DNA of 64,000 nucleotides, taken from Janthinobacterium lividum (GTDB lineage: Bacteria > Bacteroidota > Bacteroidia > Cytophagales > Hymenobacteraceae). Below are positions 9,650 through 20,016 of this stretch, piece after piece. How positions within the stretch are numbered: the stretch's first letter is position 1; each line of letters starts with the position of its first letter. The DNA lies in assembly GCA_050954845.1 (NCBI GenBank), contig JBPBQK010000039.1:37783-101782 (forward strand), in the 5' to 3' direction. Position numbers and translations under genes: made by a program. The notes beneath the pieces are model-generated. The model did no database searches and was not told the DNA's origin. It saw only the letters and a list, made by a program, of their open reading frames with translations.

Positions 9650-11146
9650 TTGACTAAGCGCACATTTCTTGGCATGATGAGCTGGCTGCTGGTGCTGGCG
9701 GGGCTGCTGGGCCGCCCCGTGGCCGTGTGGGCGCAGCAGCCCGCCCCGGCCCCCGAAGCCGAGCTGGTGCCCGGCCCGGCCGTGGTGCCGCTCACGGCCA
9801 CCTACACGCTGGGGGTGCGGCTGCGCGGGGCCACCATCACGAGCCACTCCGACTTTCCCGAAATCGAAGGCTTCCGCAAGGCGGGCCTTGCTACTACCAC
9901 TGCTACCCGGCTCGTGGGCGGCCGCCGCACCGTGGCCGAGCTCACGCTGACCCAGCGCTACGCGCCCTACACCGAGGGCACGTACCAGGTGCCGCCCTTC
10001 GACCTCACCGTGAATGGCCAGGTGCTGCACAGCCCCGGCGGCCGGGTGCGGGTGGCCGCCGCCCCCGCCGCTGCCCCCCTCAGCGATGCGGCTGTAGCGC
10101 CGGGCCAGGGCATCGGCTCGCTCGACCAGCTGCTGGGCAAGCCCAAGCCCAAGTATTTCTACGAGCCGGCCGACCACGCTTCGCTGGCCCTCGAAGCCAA
10201 CCAACGCAGCGTGTATGTAGGTGAGGGCGTGCGCGTAAACTTATATCTATACGTGCAGCCCGCTGACCAGGCGGTACTCAATTTCTACAATTTTACCGAG
10301 CAGCTGCCCGAGCTAGTGCAGCAACTGCGCCAGCCCACCGCCTGGGAGGTGCCCGCCCCCGAAGCCGCCGGCGTGCCCGACACCGTGCGCCGCGGCGGGG
10401 TGGTATACCTGCGCTTTCGGCTGGCCGAGAATACCTATTATCCGCTCACCAGTCAGGATTTACGCTTCCCGCCCCTGGCCCTCATCATGACCAAGTACAA
10501 GCTCCTGAAAGCGCCGCAGCCAGGCGAGGATGCCAAGCTGGCCATGTACAAAACCTACACGGCACCCGCCCTGCGCGTGGCCGTGCGGCCCCTGCCGCCG
10601 CGGCCCGGCGCACCGGCCACCAGCGTGCCAGTGGGGCATTACGTGCTGCGCGAGGGCATCAGCGGCACCCGGTTTCAAACCGGCGAGGCCTTTGTGTACA
10701 CCTTTGGGGTGGAGGGCGTGGGCAATTCCACCGCGCTGGTGCTGCCCGCTCTACGCTCGACGCCGCAGCTAGAGGTGTACGGCCCCGATATCCGGGAAGA
10801 GAAGCTACCCGATGGCACGCCCCGCAAGAGTTTTCGCTACCGGCTGGTGCCGCACCAGCCCGGCGCGCTGCCGCTCGATAGCCTGTTTCAGCTGGTGTAT
10901 TTCGACCCTACCACCGCCCGCTACGATACCTTGCGCTCAGAGCTGCAGCCCGAGGTGCAAGGCCTGGCACGCGCCGTGGCCACCGCCCGCCCCGACGATG
11001 ACCCCTTCTACGGCCCCGCCCTAGCCAGTGCCGATACCCGCCTGCAGCCCTTTGATGTGTACCAGGAGGTGCGCCGCTACGCCGGCTGGCTGGTGGGCGC
11101 GCTCCTAGTAGTGGCCGCCGTAGGTTGGTGGCGCGCAGGTGGTTAA
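9650..11146 (+). CDS. BatD-family-like protein
   Basis: Signal peptide, beta-rich Ig-like segments, 'VYVGEGVRV', 'YFDPTTARY', C-terminal TM helix. Confidence 0.75.
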   Translation: MTKRTFLGMMSWLLVLAGLLGRPVAVWAQQPAPAPEAELVPGPAVVPLTATYTLGVRLRGATITSHSDFPEIEGFRKAGLATTTATRLVGGRRTVAELTLTQRYAPYTEGTYQVPPFDLTVNGQVLHSPGGRVRVAAAPAAAPLSDAAVAPGQGIGSLDQLLGKPKPKYFYEPADHASLALEANQRSVYVGEGVRVNLYLYVQPADQAVLNFYNFTEQLPELVQQLRQPTAWEVPAPEAAGVPDTVRRGGVVYLRFRLAENTYYPLTSQDLRFPPLALIMTKYKLLKAPQPGEDAKLAMYKTYTAPALRVAVRPLPPRPGAPATSVPVGHYVLREGISGTRFQTGEAFVYTFGVEGVGNSTALVLPALRSTPQLEVYGPDIREEKLPDGTPRKSFRYRLVPHQPGALPLDSLFQLVYFDPTTARYDTLRSELQPEVQGLARAVATARPDDDPFYGPALASADTRLQPFDVYQEVRRYAGWLVGALLVVAAVGWWRAGG

Positions 11147-11147
11147 G

Positions 11148-11250
11148 CAATAAGCAATTAACAATGAGCAATGAGCAGACCAAATAGGCAGTCTGCTCAT
11201 TGAACCTACTCATTGTCACCTGCTCATTGCTCATTGATAATTGCTTATTG
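11148..11250. repeat. 31-bp inverted repeat built from caatgag-type heptamers
   Basis: Arms 11148-11178 and 11220-11250 differ at one position. Confidence 0.85.
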
Positions 11251-11255
11251 AACTT

Positions 11256-12332
11256 ATGAATTCTTTCGGAACGCTTTTTCGCATCACCACCTTCGGCGAG
11301 TCGCACGGGGTGGGTATTGGGGTAATTATTGACGGCTGCCCGGCCGGCGTGCCGCTCGACGTGGCCGAGATACAAGCGGCGCTGGATAGGCGGCGGCCGG
11401 GGCAATCGGACCTGACGACGCCCCGCAAGGAGGCCGACACGGTGCTGGTGCAGTCGGGCACGTTTGAGGGCTACACCACGGGCACGCCCATCAGCCTGTT
11501 TATTGCCAATGCCGACCAGCGCTCGGGTGACTACTCGCACATTGCCCACGCCTACCGCCCCAGCCACGCCGACTACACTTACGATGCTAAGTACGGCCGC
11601 CGCGACTACCGCGGCGGCGGCCGCAGCTCGGCCCGCGAAACCGCCGCCCGCGTGGCCGCCGGGGCCGTGGCCGCCCGCCTGCTATCCCACTTCGGGGTCG
11701 AGGTAAAAGCCTACGTATCAGCCGTGGGCGAGGTCGAACTAATTGAAAGCTACGAAAACCTGGACCTAAGCCTTATCGAGAGCAACCCCGTGCGTTGCCC
11801 CGACCCCACGGCGGCCGCCCTTATGGAAGAGCGCATTCGGGCGGCGCAGGCCGCGCACGATACCGTGGGTGGCGTTATCACGGGTGTGGCCACGGGCTTG
11901 CCGACCGGCCTGGGCGAGCCGGTTTTCGATAAGTTACCCGCCGTGCTGGGCCACGCTCTGCTAAGTATTAATGCTGTGAAAGGCTTCGAGTTCGGCTCGG
12001 GCTTTGAGGGCACCAAGCTGCCCGGCTCGGTGCACAACGACGAGTTTTACACCGACGAAGCTGGCCGCGTGCGCACGCGCACCAACCACAGCGGCGGCAG
12101 CCAGGGCGGCATCAGCAACGGGCAAGACGTGTATTTCCGCGTTGCTTTCAAGCCCGTGGCCACGCTCTTGCAGCGCCAGCAAACGATTAATGACCAGGGC
12201 GAAAGCATCGAGCTAGTGGGCCGGGGCCGCCACGATGCCTGCGTGCTGCCCCGCGCCGTGCCCATCGTGGAGGCCATGACGCAGCTGGTACTGGCCGATT
12301 TATTGCTGCGGGCGCGAGCCAACAAGCTTTAG
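11256..12332 (+). CDS. aroC: chorismate synthase
   Basis: [38 protein letters not shown] 11256. Confidence 0.97.
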   Translation: MNSFGTLFRITTFGESHGVGIGVIIDGCPAGVPLDVAEIQAALDRRRPGQSDLTTPRKEADTVLVQSGTFEGYTTGTPISLFIANADQRSGDYSHIAHAYRPSHADYTYDAKYGRRDYRGGGRSSARETAARVAAGAVAARLLSHFGVEVKAYVSAVGEVELIESYENLDLSLIESNPVRCPDPTAAALMEERIRAAQAAHDTVGGVITGVATGLPTGLGEPVFDKLPAVLGHALLSINAVKGFEFGSGFEGTKLPGSVHNDEFYTDEAGRVRTRTNHSGGSQGGISNGQDVYFRVAFKPVATLLQRQQTINDQGESIELVGRGRHDACVLPRAVPIVEAMTQLVLADLLLRARANKL

Positions 12333-12491
12333 GTGAAAAGCGGGCTGGCGTAATATATAATTGTGCGCAACCTATGGCGGCCAGTCCTTGTTACTGTTTA
12401 AATTGCTTGACCGCTAGGCTATCGTAGCTGGTTCTTGCCTTGCGGCAGCCAGCTTGCCAACGCCTTTTTTAGCCTTAAAACTGTAGAAATC

Positions 12492-13094
12492 ATGTCTGCT
12501 ATCTCCATTTACGCTGAGGCGTCGCCCAACCCCGAGAGCATGAAATTCGTGCTCAACTCCACCCTGCTGCCCGATGGCGTGAGCGTGGACTACCCCACCG
12601 TGGAGGCCGCCGCCAACTCGCCCATCGCGCAGGAGCTGTTCGGCTTCGACTACGTGGGCCGGGTGTTCATCGCCCAAAACTTCGTGACCATCACCAAAAC
12701 CCAGCCCGAGCTGGGCTGGACGAGCATTATCCCCGAGCTGCGCCAGTTCATTAAGAGCTATGTGGAGGCCGGTGGTGCCTTGTTCACCGTGGACCCCGCC
12801 GCCGAGCAAAAGGCTGCCCAAGCCGCCAGCGCCGGCGACCCGACCCAGCAAGACGGCTTCACGAGCCAAAAAATCATCGACCTGCTCGACAATTACGTGC
12901 GCCCCGCCGTGGAGCAAGACGGCGGCAATATCACCTTCAAGAGCTACCGCGATGGCATCGTGACCGTGAACCTGCAAGGCTCGTGCTCGGGCTGCCCCTC
13001 GGCCACGGTTACGCTCAAGTCGGGCATCGAAAACCTGCTCAAGCGCATGGTGCCCGAGGTGAAAGAAGTAGTTGCCGAAGGCATCCTGGTATAA
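12492..13094 (+). CDS. NifU/NfuA-family Fe-S cluster carrier (Nfu_N + NifU_C)
   Basis: SPNPESMKF N-terminal domain; VRPAVEQDGG and GSCSGCPS motifs. Confidence 0.92.
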   Translation: MSAISIYAEASPNPESMKFVLNSTLLPDGVSVDYPTVEAAANSPIAQELFGFDYVGRVFIAQNFVTITKTQPELGWTSIIPELRQFIKSYVEAGGALFTVDPAAEQKAAQAASAGDPTQQDGFTSQKIIDLLDNYVRPAVEQDGGNITFKSYRDGIVTVNLQGSCSGCPSATVTLKSGIENLLKRMVPEVKEVVAEGILV

Positions 13095-13114
13095 GGTTAG
13101 CCGCTACAATGCGA

Positions 13115-13146
13115 GAAAAAGGCCGGGCTTTTGTCCGGCCTTTTTC
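13115..13146 (+). terminator. intrinsic terminator
   Basis: gaaaaaggccgg...ccggcctttttc. Confidence 0.7.
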
Positions 13147-13178
13147 ATGCCTGTACCTTTAGGCAAACTACTCTCTAT

Positions 13179-14012
13179 ATGGAAGAAGCTCTACTATTGC
13201 CCGAAGCGGTGCCTGCCCCGCTCGTCTACCCCACGTTGAAAGAAAGCTGGGCCGCGCTGGGCTGGTTTCTGCTTATCACGATGGGGTTAGTGCTATTGGT
13301 GCTGCTGCCAATAAAAGCTATTTTTCACGTAACAGGGTTAGCCAAGTCCGTACTAACGATAAGTATCGCGGTCCTATCCAATGGCGTGCTGGTGCTGTGG
13401 CTGCGGCGGCGAACCGCAGCCGGGCGCTGGCTGGGACTGCGCTGGCGGGGGCCGCGCCGACCCTGGGTAGCTTTTGGGCTGCTACTGCCAATAGTGCCGG
13501 CGCTGGCGGTGGTGCTGTCGGTGCAGGGGTTTCTACGGCTGCCCCGCTGGTCGGCGGGCAAGCTGCTGGCCGAGTTGGCGGCGCACCCAGCGCTGGCGCT
13601 GGTGCTAGGGTGTGTGGCGGCACCTATTTTAGAGGAAATGCTATTTCGGGGGGTGCTGCTGCCGGGGCTGCTGCGCAATTACCGGCCCGCGGTGGCCATC
13701 GGCCAGTCGGCGCTGCTGTTTGGTATTTTCCACTTCAACCCGGCCCAAAGCCTCAACGCCTTTTTTATAGGGCTGCTGCTGGGCTGGGTGTACTACCAAA
13801 GCCGCTCGCTGTGGCTGTGCATCGGCTTGCACGGCCTCTACAATGCGCTGGCGTTTGGGGCCAACCGGCTGCCTGGGCTGGCCAATGCGAAGCAGCTGTC
13901 TGCACTTATGCAACAGCCTAGCTATGCGCTGCTGTGGCTGGCTGCGGCGCTGGTGCTCGCCGTCAGTCTGTTGGTTATGGCCCGCAGCCAAGCCACACCG
14001 ACCAGCACCTAA
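13179..14012 (+). CDS. CPBP-family intramembrane glutamic endopeptidase (Abi/CAAX)
   Basis: APILEEMLFRG, FGIFHFN and LHGLYN motifs; multiple TM helices. Confidence 0.92.
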   Translation: MEEALLLPEAVPAPLVYPTLKESWAALGWFLLITMGLVLLVLLPIKAIFHVTGLAKSVLTISIAVLSNGVLVLWLRRRTAAGRWLGLRWRGPRRPWVAFGLLLPIVPALAVVLSVQGFLRLPRWSAGKLLAELAAHPALALVLGCVAAPILEEMLFRGVLLPGLLRNYRPAVAIGQSALLFGIFHFNPAQSLNAFFIGLLLGWVYYQSRSLWLCIGLHGLYNALAFGANRLPGLANAKQLSALMQQPSYALLWLAAALVLAVSLLVMARSQATPTST

Positions 14013-14056
14013 TGCAAAAGCGCCGGGCAACTGCCCGGCGCTTTTGCATTAGGTGC
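14005..14056. terminator. bidirectional terminator (24-bp perfect stem)
   Basis: gcacctaatgcaaaagcgccgggc-aact-gcccggcgcttttgcattaggtgc between convergent genes. Confidence 0.85.
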
Positions 14057-14068
14057 CTGGTGTAAAGG

Positions 14069-14989
14069 CTACCGCCGCTGCCGCTGCTTCACCGTGAAGT
14101 TGCGGCTCACGATGAAGCCGTAGTAGAGGTTGCCACTGAAGAACGTATTGTCGGTTTGGGCAATAAACTGCTGCTCAATCATGCCCGGCGAGTTGCTGAT
14201 GTGCAGCTGAAAAATGTGGCCGCCCGTCTCAATATCCACGCCCACGCCCGCCGAGTTATACTGGTTTTTCGCCGCGAAGCGGCTCAGCAGGTAGTAGTAC
14301 TCCGCATTGACGGAGAAGCGCTTAGTGATTTTGTAGCGCCCGCCGCCGCCCAGCGCGTACACGTCATTGTTTTCTCCTTCGCGCATCACCAGGTTGTGGT
14401 GAATGAGCGAGGGCATTAATTGCAGCGACAAATTGGGGCTGAATTTGCGGCCTATCAGGGCTTGGTAAGCGTAAGCCGTGCGCAGGCCAAACGTATGGTC
14501 GACGTTGTCGATATACTTGCGGGTATTCACCGCCGCCGAGGCCAGCAGCGTCACCGAAAACGGCGTGGCGTGCAGCCCGGTGCTTTGCCGCAGGGCGCGG
14601 TATTTTACGAAGCCATCCACCGCCGCATCGAGCGACGAGCGGCCCACGCCCACCTCCAGGCGGTCGGTGAGGCCATACTCCAGCGCAATGCGCACCTTGG
14701 CATTGTCGAACCCAAAAAGGGTAGAGCCTCCCTCGTTGAGGGTGCCAAAGTTGTGCGAAAAGAGGAAAACCAGCGTGCCTTCGCCGGGCGTTTCCACGGT
14801 GTGGCCGTTCACGAGGCGGGTGCTTTTGAAGGTGGCATCCACCAGCTGGTTGGGGGCGGCGTCTTTCTTGGTTTCCTGCTCTAGCTGGCCCAGCAAGTCG
14901 GTTTGGGCGTGGGCGGCGGGTGCGGCCAGGCCGGCCAGCAGCAAGGCTAGTATCGAGGCACGGCTGATAAAAGTAACTACTTGTTGCAT
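14069..14989 (-). CDS. outer-membrane beta-barrel protein (DUF5777-like)
   Basis: Signal peptide; 'FKSTRLVNGHTVET', 'DIETGGHIFQL', alternating beta-strands, C-terminal 'GFIVSRNF'. Confidence 0.8.
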   Translation of the reverse strand: MQQVVTFISRASILALLLAGLAAPAAHAQTDLLGQLEQETKKDAAPNQLVDATFKSTRLVNGHTVETPGEGTLVFLFSHNFGTLNEGGSTLFGFDNAKVRIALEYGLTDRLEVGVGRSSLDAAVDGFVKYRALRQSTGLHATPFSVTLLASAAVNTRKYIDNVDHTFGLRTAYAYQALIGRKFSPNLSLQLMPSLIHHNLVMREGENNDVYALGGGGRYKITKRFSVNAEYYYLLSRFAAKNQYNSAGVGVDIETGGHIFQLHISNSPGMIEQQFIAQTDNTFFSGNLYYGFIVSRNFTVKQRQRR

Positions 14990-15009
14990 AAGAATATAGC
15001 GAATAAAAA

Positions 15010-15627
15010 CTAGGGTTGAGAAACCAGCGTGGGCGCCACGGCATCGCAGGTGAGGCTCACGCGCACGCTCACCGACTTGGCAATGTGCTCGCGCACCAGC
15101 AGCGGAATGTCAATGGCGTAGTCGGCCGGAGCAATATTGAAATAAGCAAAAACAACCAGCTGGCCATCACGCAGTTGCAAGGTGCCCGACACGGCTACTT
15201 TGTGCGTCACGCCGTGCAGAGTCAGCTGGCCCTCAGCCTCCACGTTTTGGGTGGCCGTGGCCAGCAGCTTAGCTACCTGGGCGGCATTGATGAGCTGGCC
15301 GGTGAAGGTGGCTTTGGGGTACTTCTCCGATTCCATGTAGTTTTCGTTGAAGTGCTCCTGCATGAGGGTGCGCTTGAACTGAAACTCGTGAACGGGAACC
15401 GCAAATGCCAGCTGGCCGGTGCTGAGGTCGAGCACGGCGGCCACCTTCGTGTTGCGCGCCTCAATGTCTTCCATAATGGAAGCTGAGAAGAAGGAAATGT
15501 AGCCCGCTTTGGTCAGGTATTTGCCCTGGGCCTGGGCCGCGAGGGGCGTGGCCAGGCCACCCAGCCCCAGCAGGCACCCCAGCAGCCAGCGCCGTTGCCA
15601 GCGCGCGCTTTGTAGAAAACCAGTCAT
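15010..15627 (-). CDS. YceI-family lipid/isoprenoid-binding protein
   Basis: 'FQFKRTLMQEHFNENYMESEKYPKATFTG', 'GQLTLHGVT'; signal peptide. Confidence 0.88.
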   Translation of the reverse strand: MTGFLQSARWQRRWLLGCLLGLGGLATPLAAQAQGKYLTKAGYISFFSASIMEDIEARNTKVAAVLDLSTGQLAFAVPVHEFQFKRTLMQEHFNENYMESEKYPKATFTGQLINAAQVAKLLATATQNVEAEGQLTLHGVTHKVAVSGTLQLRDGQLVVFAYFNIAPADYAIDIPLLVREHIAKSVSVRVSLTCDAVAPTLVSQP

Positions 15628-15678
15628 GGAAAAGGGGGAAGAGGCGGAAAAAAACAAGTAGCGGAGCAGCCTCACGCC

Positions 15679-16098
15679 TTAGTTGTTGAGCGCCCCCGCA
15701 TCGACCCAGGCCTTGATAATGGCAATGTCGCAGTCGCTCAGCTTGCCACCATCGAAGGGCATGTTGTTGAAGCCCGCATCGTGGCGAATATTGCCGACCA
15801 TGGGGCTCACGCCGCCTTTGCCATTGACCGGGTTGCAGTAAAACTGCATTTGGGTGAAGGACTCCATGTTGAAATAGCCCTGCGTCTTCAGCACATAATT
15901 CGCCGCGTTGTGGCAGCGGTAGCAGTTGTTGGTCAGGATGGGCAGCACGTCGGTTTTGTAGCTCACCGTCAGGGGCATGTTGCACGGCGTGGGCTCGTAG
16001 CCATTTTTATAGGAGCAAGCCGATAGATAGCCACCCAGGCCCAAGGCCAGCACCGCAGCCGCTACACTGTACAGACGAGAAGGAATAAAAAATTTCAC
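15679..16098 (-). CDS. monohaem c-type cytochrome lipoprotein
   Basis: Lipobox LSAC, CYRCH haem motif, distal 'NMP...KLSDCDI..IKAWVDAGA'. GTG start. Confidence 0.85.
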   Translation of the reverse strand: MKFFIPSRLYSVAAAVLALGLGGYLSACSYKNGYEPTPCNMPLTVSYKTDVLPILTNNCYRCHNAANYVLKTQGYFNMESFTQMQFYCNPVNGKGGVSPMVGNIRHDAGFNNMPFDGGKLSDCDIAIIKAWVDAGALNN

Positions 16099-16431
16099 TT
16101 AAGTAAGAAATTAAATAATAAAATTTATTTTATAAATGCAAATTAAGGATAGTGCAACTGAGCTTATTTATTAGTGTAAAGCTCTTGAAACCACAAAGCT
16201 AAGATATATTCGTTGTATTAGCGCCCAAACATAACACAATTATTAGCAACCCAAGAGGAGGTGCTATAGTAGCACTTTTATAATAACCTCACTTTGCTAG
16301 TTTTAACCAGGCGCAACCTACGAGCCTAGGCAAAACTAGGATTGCCGACCGCGCAGAACGGATGTTTTTCGGTGGGCATGGCCTTTTGCCAGGCCAACCG
16401 GCCATTGAGTGCGCCAGCCCCGGTAGCCCAC

Positions 16432-16467
16432 AAAAAAAGAGCCTGACCGCGTAGGTCAGGCTCTTTT
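16432..16467 (-). terminator. terminator of secDF
   Basis: aaaaaaagagcctgacc-gcgta-ggtcaggctctttt. Confidence 0.8.
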
Positions 16468-16500
16468 CAGAAAGACTAAAAGCTAGGCTAAGCCCGGCAG

Positions 16501-19485
16501 CTATACAGTGGTGCGCAGTTTGGGCGCATCGCCAGCGGCGGCGCTGATATCCTCGCCAGCGGCGAGGCGCTCGCGCTCCTCTTGCTTGCCGTAGGTGTCC
16601 AGGATGATGGGCGTGGCAATGAACAGCGACGAGTACGTGCCGAAGATGATACCAATCATCATGGCAAACGAGAACGAGCGCAGCGTTTCGCCGCCGAAGA
16701 TGTAAAGCACCAGCACTACCAGGAACACCGTGGTGAACGTAATCATGGTGCGCGAGAAGGTCGAGTTCAAGGCTGGGTTCACCACTTGGGCGAACGTTAG
16801 CTTGGGGTCGTTGCGCAGGTATTCGCGGATACGGTCGTAGATAACCACCGTGTCATTCATTGAGAAGCCGATGATGGAGAGCACGGCCGCCACGAAAATC
16901 TGGTCCATCTCATAGTTCAGGCCAAAGGCGCGGGCGATGGGGTAGGAGGCGATAACCAGCAGCGCATCGTGGAAAAGCGCGATAACGGCGGCCATCGAGT
17001 ACTGCCACCGCTCGAAGCGGAACAGCACGTAGATGAAGATGCCGAGCAGCGTGAGGCCCAGCGACAGCACCGAAGTGCGCTTGATGTCATCGGCAATGGT
17101 AGCGCCCACTTTCGAAGCCGATGGTACGGTAGGAGCGGCCGAAGCAAACTTCTGGAGGCCGGCATCGAGCGCCTGGCGCACCTGCTTGTCGGCCGCCACG
17201 CTTTCATCATCAGCTAGGTAGCCCGTGGTCACGCGCAGGCGAGTGGGGCTGCCGTACTGCTTCACTTCGAGACCCGCGCCCTTAAAGGCGGGGCGCAGCT
17301 GGTCAGCCACTTCCGAAGAAACCATAGGCTTGTTGAAGTCAACCACATAGGCGCGGCCACCCTGGAAGTCAACGCCCAAGTTCGGGCCGCCTTGCAGGTA
17401 CATCAGCACGAAGCCGATAACGATAACAATAGTCGAGAAGGCGTAGGCAATTTTGCGCTTGCCCACGATGTCGAAGTTGACGTTCTGGAACAAATTGCGC
17501 GAGAGGAAGGTCGAGAACGTGATGGCGCTCGTCGTTTTGCCTTTAATCAAGGCCTCAATGATGAGGCGCGACACATACACGGCCGACAGGAACGACGTCA
17601 ACACGCCAATGCCCAAGGTCACGGCGAAGCTCTGCACCGGACCCGTGCCGAAAAAGCCCAGGATGATGGCGATGAGCATAGTCGTCACGTTCGAGTCAAA
17701 GATGGCCGAGAAAGCGCGCGAGTAGCCCGCGTTCACGGCATCGTGCAGCGAGAGGCCGTGGTCCAGTTCTTCACGAATACGCTCGAAAATAAGCACGTTC
17801 GCATCTACCGATGAGGCAATTACCAGAATTAAACCAGCGATGCCGGGCAGCGTGAGAGCCGTGCCGAATTGCGCTAGCACGCCCAAAATCAGGAACATGT
17901 TGAAGAGCAGGGCAGCATCGGCTACGAGGCCGGCGCGGCCGTAGTACACGGTCATAAACACCATGATAATCAGCAAGCCAGCCAGCGACGAGTACAGGCC
18001 TTGGTTGATGGCTTCGCGACCGAGCGACGGGCCCACTACGGCTTCTTCCACGATGCGGGTCGGGGCAGGCAGTTTACCAGCCTTCAGCACCTGGGCCAAA
18101 TCCTGGGCTTCTTCGATGCTGAAGCTACCCGAAATCTGGGTGTTGCCGCCCGAGATTTCGCTTTGCACTACGGGGTCCGAATACACCACGTCGTCGAGCA
18201 CCACGGCTACTTGCTTGCCGATGTTGGCGGCCGTCATGCGCTGCCATTTCTTCGAGCCGTTGGGGTTCATGCTCATGCTCACCTCGGGGCGGCCGCCTTG
18301 GTCGTAGTCCATGCGGGCATCGCTCACTACCTCGCCGGTGAGGGGCGCGGCGGTCATGCCAGTGCGGTCTTTCTTAACGGCAATCAGGCGGATAAACGAC
18401 TGTTTGTTCAGCTCCTTCGGCTTGGCATCGTAGAGCAGCACCAGGTTGGGGGGCAGCGTGGCGCGGGCTTCGTCCGAGCGCAGCAATTGGTTCACGCGGG
18501 CGGTGTCGCGCAGGTTCACACCCAGCGAGCCGGGCATGGTGAAGTAGCGCGTGAGGGCACCACCCTGCAACGCTTTAGCCGAGTCGGTTTTAGCCTGGCC
18601 GGCCGGGGTTTTCTTGGCCAACTGCGAAGCCAGCGACGACGAATCGCCAGCGGCGGCCATAGCAGCCTTCGACGTATCGGCAGCGGGCGTAGCAGCTACG
18701 GCCTTCTCCTTATCCGTCAGTGTTTTGTCGAGTTGAATCAAATAAGGTGCGAACTCCTGTTGGCTCCATACTTCGTAAAACTCCAGCTTGGCCTGGCCTT
18801 GCAATAGTTTGCGCACGCGGTCGGGGTTGTCCACGCCGGGCAGCTCTACCTGAATGCGGCCAGTGCCCTTCACGCGCTGAATGTTAGGCTGGTTTACGCC
18901 GAATTTATCCACGCGCTTGCGTAGGATGTCAAACGAACGGTCGATAGCGTCTTCCTCTTCTTTGTTGATGGCGGCCAGCACCTTGCTGTCAGAAGTCGAG
19001 CGGTCGATTTTGCGGTCTTTGTTCACCGAGTTGGCAAACAGCGGGGCCAACTGCTTGCCGGGCGCTACCTCTTGGTAAGCCTGGTAAAATAGCGAGGTGA
19101 AGGCCGTGCCCGAGTTGGTTTTCTGGCGCTCCTGGGCCAAAGCCAGGGCCTTGTTGAAGCTGGCATCTTTGGAGTTGCCCGCCATGGCGCGCACAATTTC
19201 TACCGGCGAAACTTCCAGGGTTACGTGCATGCCGCCTTTCAGGTCAAGGCCGAGGCCGAGCTCGTTCTGGCGCACATCGCGGTAGGTGTAGGGGCCGAAT
19301 ACCGGAGCACGCCACACCGAATCGAGGTAGTGCTGGCGCTGGGTTTCGTTGAGCTTGCCGTTGTGGGTGGCGTAATCCACCGCTTTCTGTTGCACCCCGC
19401 GCGAGACGTAGGTGAAAAACAGGAAGTACGCGCAGAGCACCGAAACCACAACGGTGAGCGCGATAATTATTCCTTTATTACGCAT
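16501..19485 (-). CDS. secDF: fused protein translocase subunit SecDF
   Basis: LGLDLKGG, RVDKFGV, VGPSLG, DANVLIFERIREE, GVDFQGG, GFSMNDTVVIYDRIRE. Confidence 0.97.
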   Translation of the reverse strand: MRNKGIIIALTVVVSVLCAYFLFFTYVSRGVQQKAVDYATHNGKLNETQRQHYLDSVWRAPVFGPYTYRDVRQNELGLGLDLKGGMHVTLEVSPVEIVRAMAGNSKDASFNKALALAQERQKTNSGTAFTSLFYQAYQEVAPGKQLAPLFANSVNKDRKIDRSTSDSKVLAAINKEEEDAIDRSFDILRKRVDKFGVNQPNIQRVKGTGRIQVELPGVDNPDRVRKLLQGQAKLEFYEVWSQQEFAPYLIQLDKTLTDKEKAVAATPAADTSKAAMAAAGDSSSLASQLAKKTPAGQAKTDSAKALQGGALTRYFTMPGSLGVNLRDTARVNQLLRSDEARATLPPNLVLLYDAKPKELNKQSFIRLIAVKKDRTGMTAAPLTGEVVSDARMDYDQGGRPEVSMSMNPNGSKKWQRMTAANIGKQVAVVLDDVVYSDPVVQSEISGGNTQISGSFSIEEAQDLAQVLKAGKLPAPTRIVEEAVVGPSLGREAINQGLYSSLAGLLIIMVFMTVYYGRAGLVADAALLFNMFLILGVLAQFGTALTLPGIAGLILVIASSVDANVLIFERIREELDHGLSLHDAVNAGYSRAFSAIFDSNVTTMLIAIILGFFGTGPVQSFAVTLGIGVLTSFLSAVYVSRLIIEALIKGKTTSAITFSTFLSRNLFQNVNFDIVGKRKIAYAFSTIVIVIGFVLMYLQGGPNLGVDFQGGRAYVVDFNKPMVSSEVADQLRPAFKGAGLEVKQYGSPTRLRVTTGYLADDESVAADKQVRQALDAGLQKFASAAPTVPSASKVGATIADDIKRTSVLSLGLTLLGIFIYVLFRFERWQYSMAAVIALFHDALLVIASYPIARAFGLNYEMDQIFVAAVLSIIGFSMNDTVVIYDRIREYLRNDPKLTFAQVVNPALNSTFSRTMITFTTVFLVVLVLYIFGGETLRSFSFAMMIGIIFGTYSSLFIATPIILDTYGKQEERERLAAGEDISAAAGDAPKLRTTV

Positions 19486-19616
19486 TGCGTAGAAGTATGA
19501 GTTATGAATTAAAAAGTGTGAATTGGCGGAATACGAATGAGTTAGCTATAGAATTAAAGATGTGAACTGGCATTAACAGCCAATTCCTAACGCATAATTC
19601 CTAACTCATAATTTTT

Positions 19617-20000
19617 CTAGGGTGCCTGCGGCGACACCGCCGCGCTCAGCAACCGCTGGCGGCATAGCAAGGCCACAAACGTGCTGGCCGCTACCAGCGG
19701 CACCGCTGCAATGGCCCGGCGCACCAAACGCGGCAGCCAGGTAGTGGGCAGCGTGCCCGGTAGCCAGCCCAGCGCAAAGGCTGGGGCCACGTAGGAGCCC
19801 AGCGGCGAGGCCGCCTCCAGCACTACTTTTTGCTTGATAACCGTGGCGCGGGGCGCGGCACTCAGCCGCGACTGCGCGGGCGAACCCAGTGGGCGCAATA
19901 AGCTCACTGTCCGGCCATTCAGGCCCAGCAGCAGCAGCACGGGCAGGGCCACTAAGGCTAGCCGCAAAAACTGTCTAAACTGGGAAATTGAATTGTACAT
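19617..20000 (-). CDS. exported small protein upstream of secDF (candidate arrest/leader peptide)
   Basis: N-terminal basic and hydrophobic segment; ends SPQAP-stop; lies between a consensus promoter and secDF. Confidence 0.7.
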   Translation of the reverse strand: MYNSISQFRQFLRLALVALPVLLLLGLNGRTVSLLRPLGSPAQSRLSAAPRATVIKQKVVLEAASPLGSYVAPAFALGWLPGTLPTTWLPRLVRRAIAAVPLVAASTFVALLCRQRLLSAAVSPQAP

Positions 20001-20016
20001 ACGCCGGGCAGGGCTA

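Noticed and set aside
13179-14012. CPBP protease as the maturase of the IGGSGWDHD precursor
   Set aside because: It lies 22 kb away in an unrelated context, with no sequence evidence of a link.
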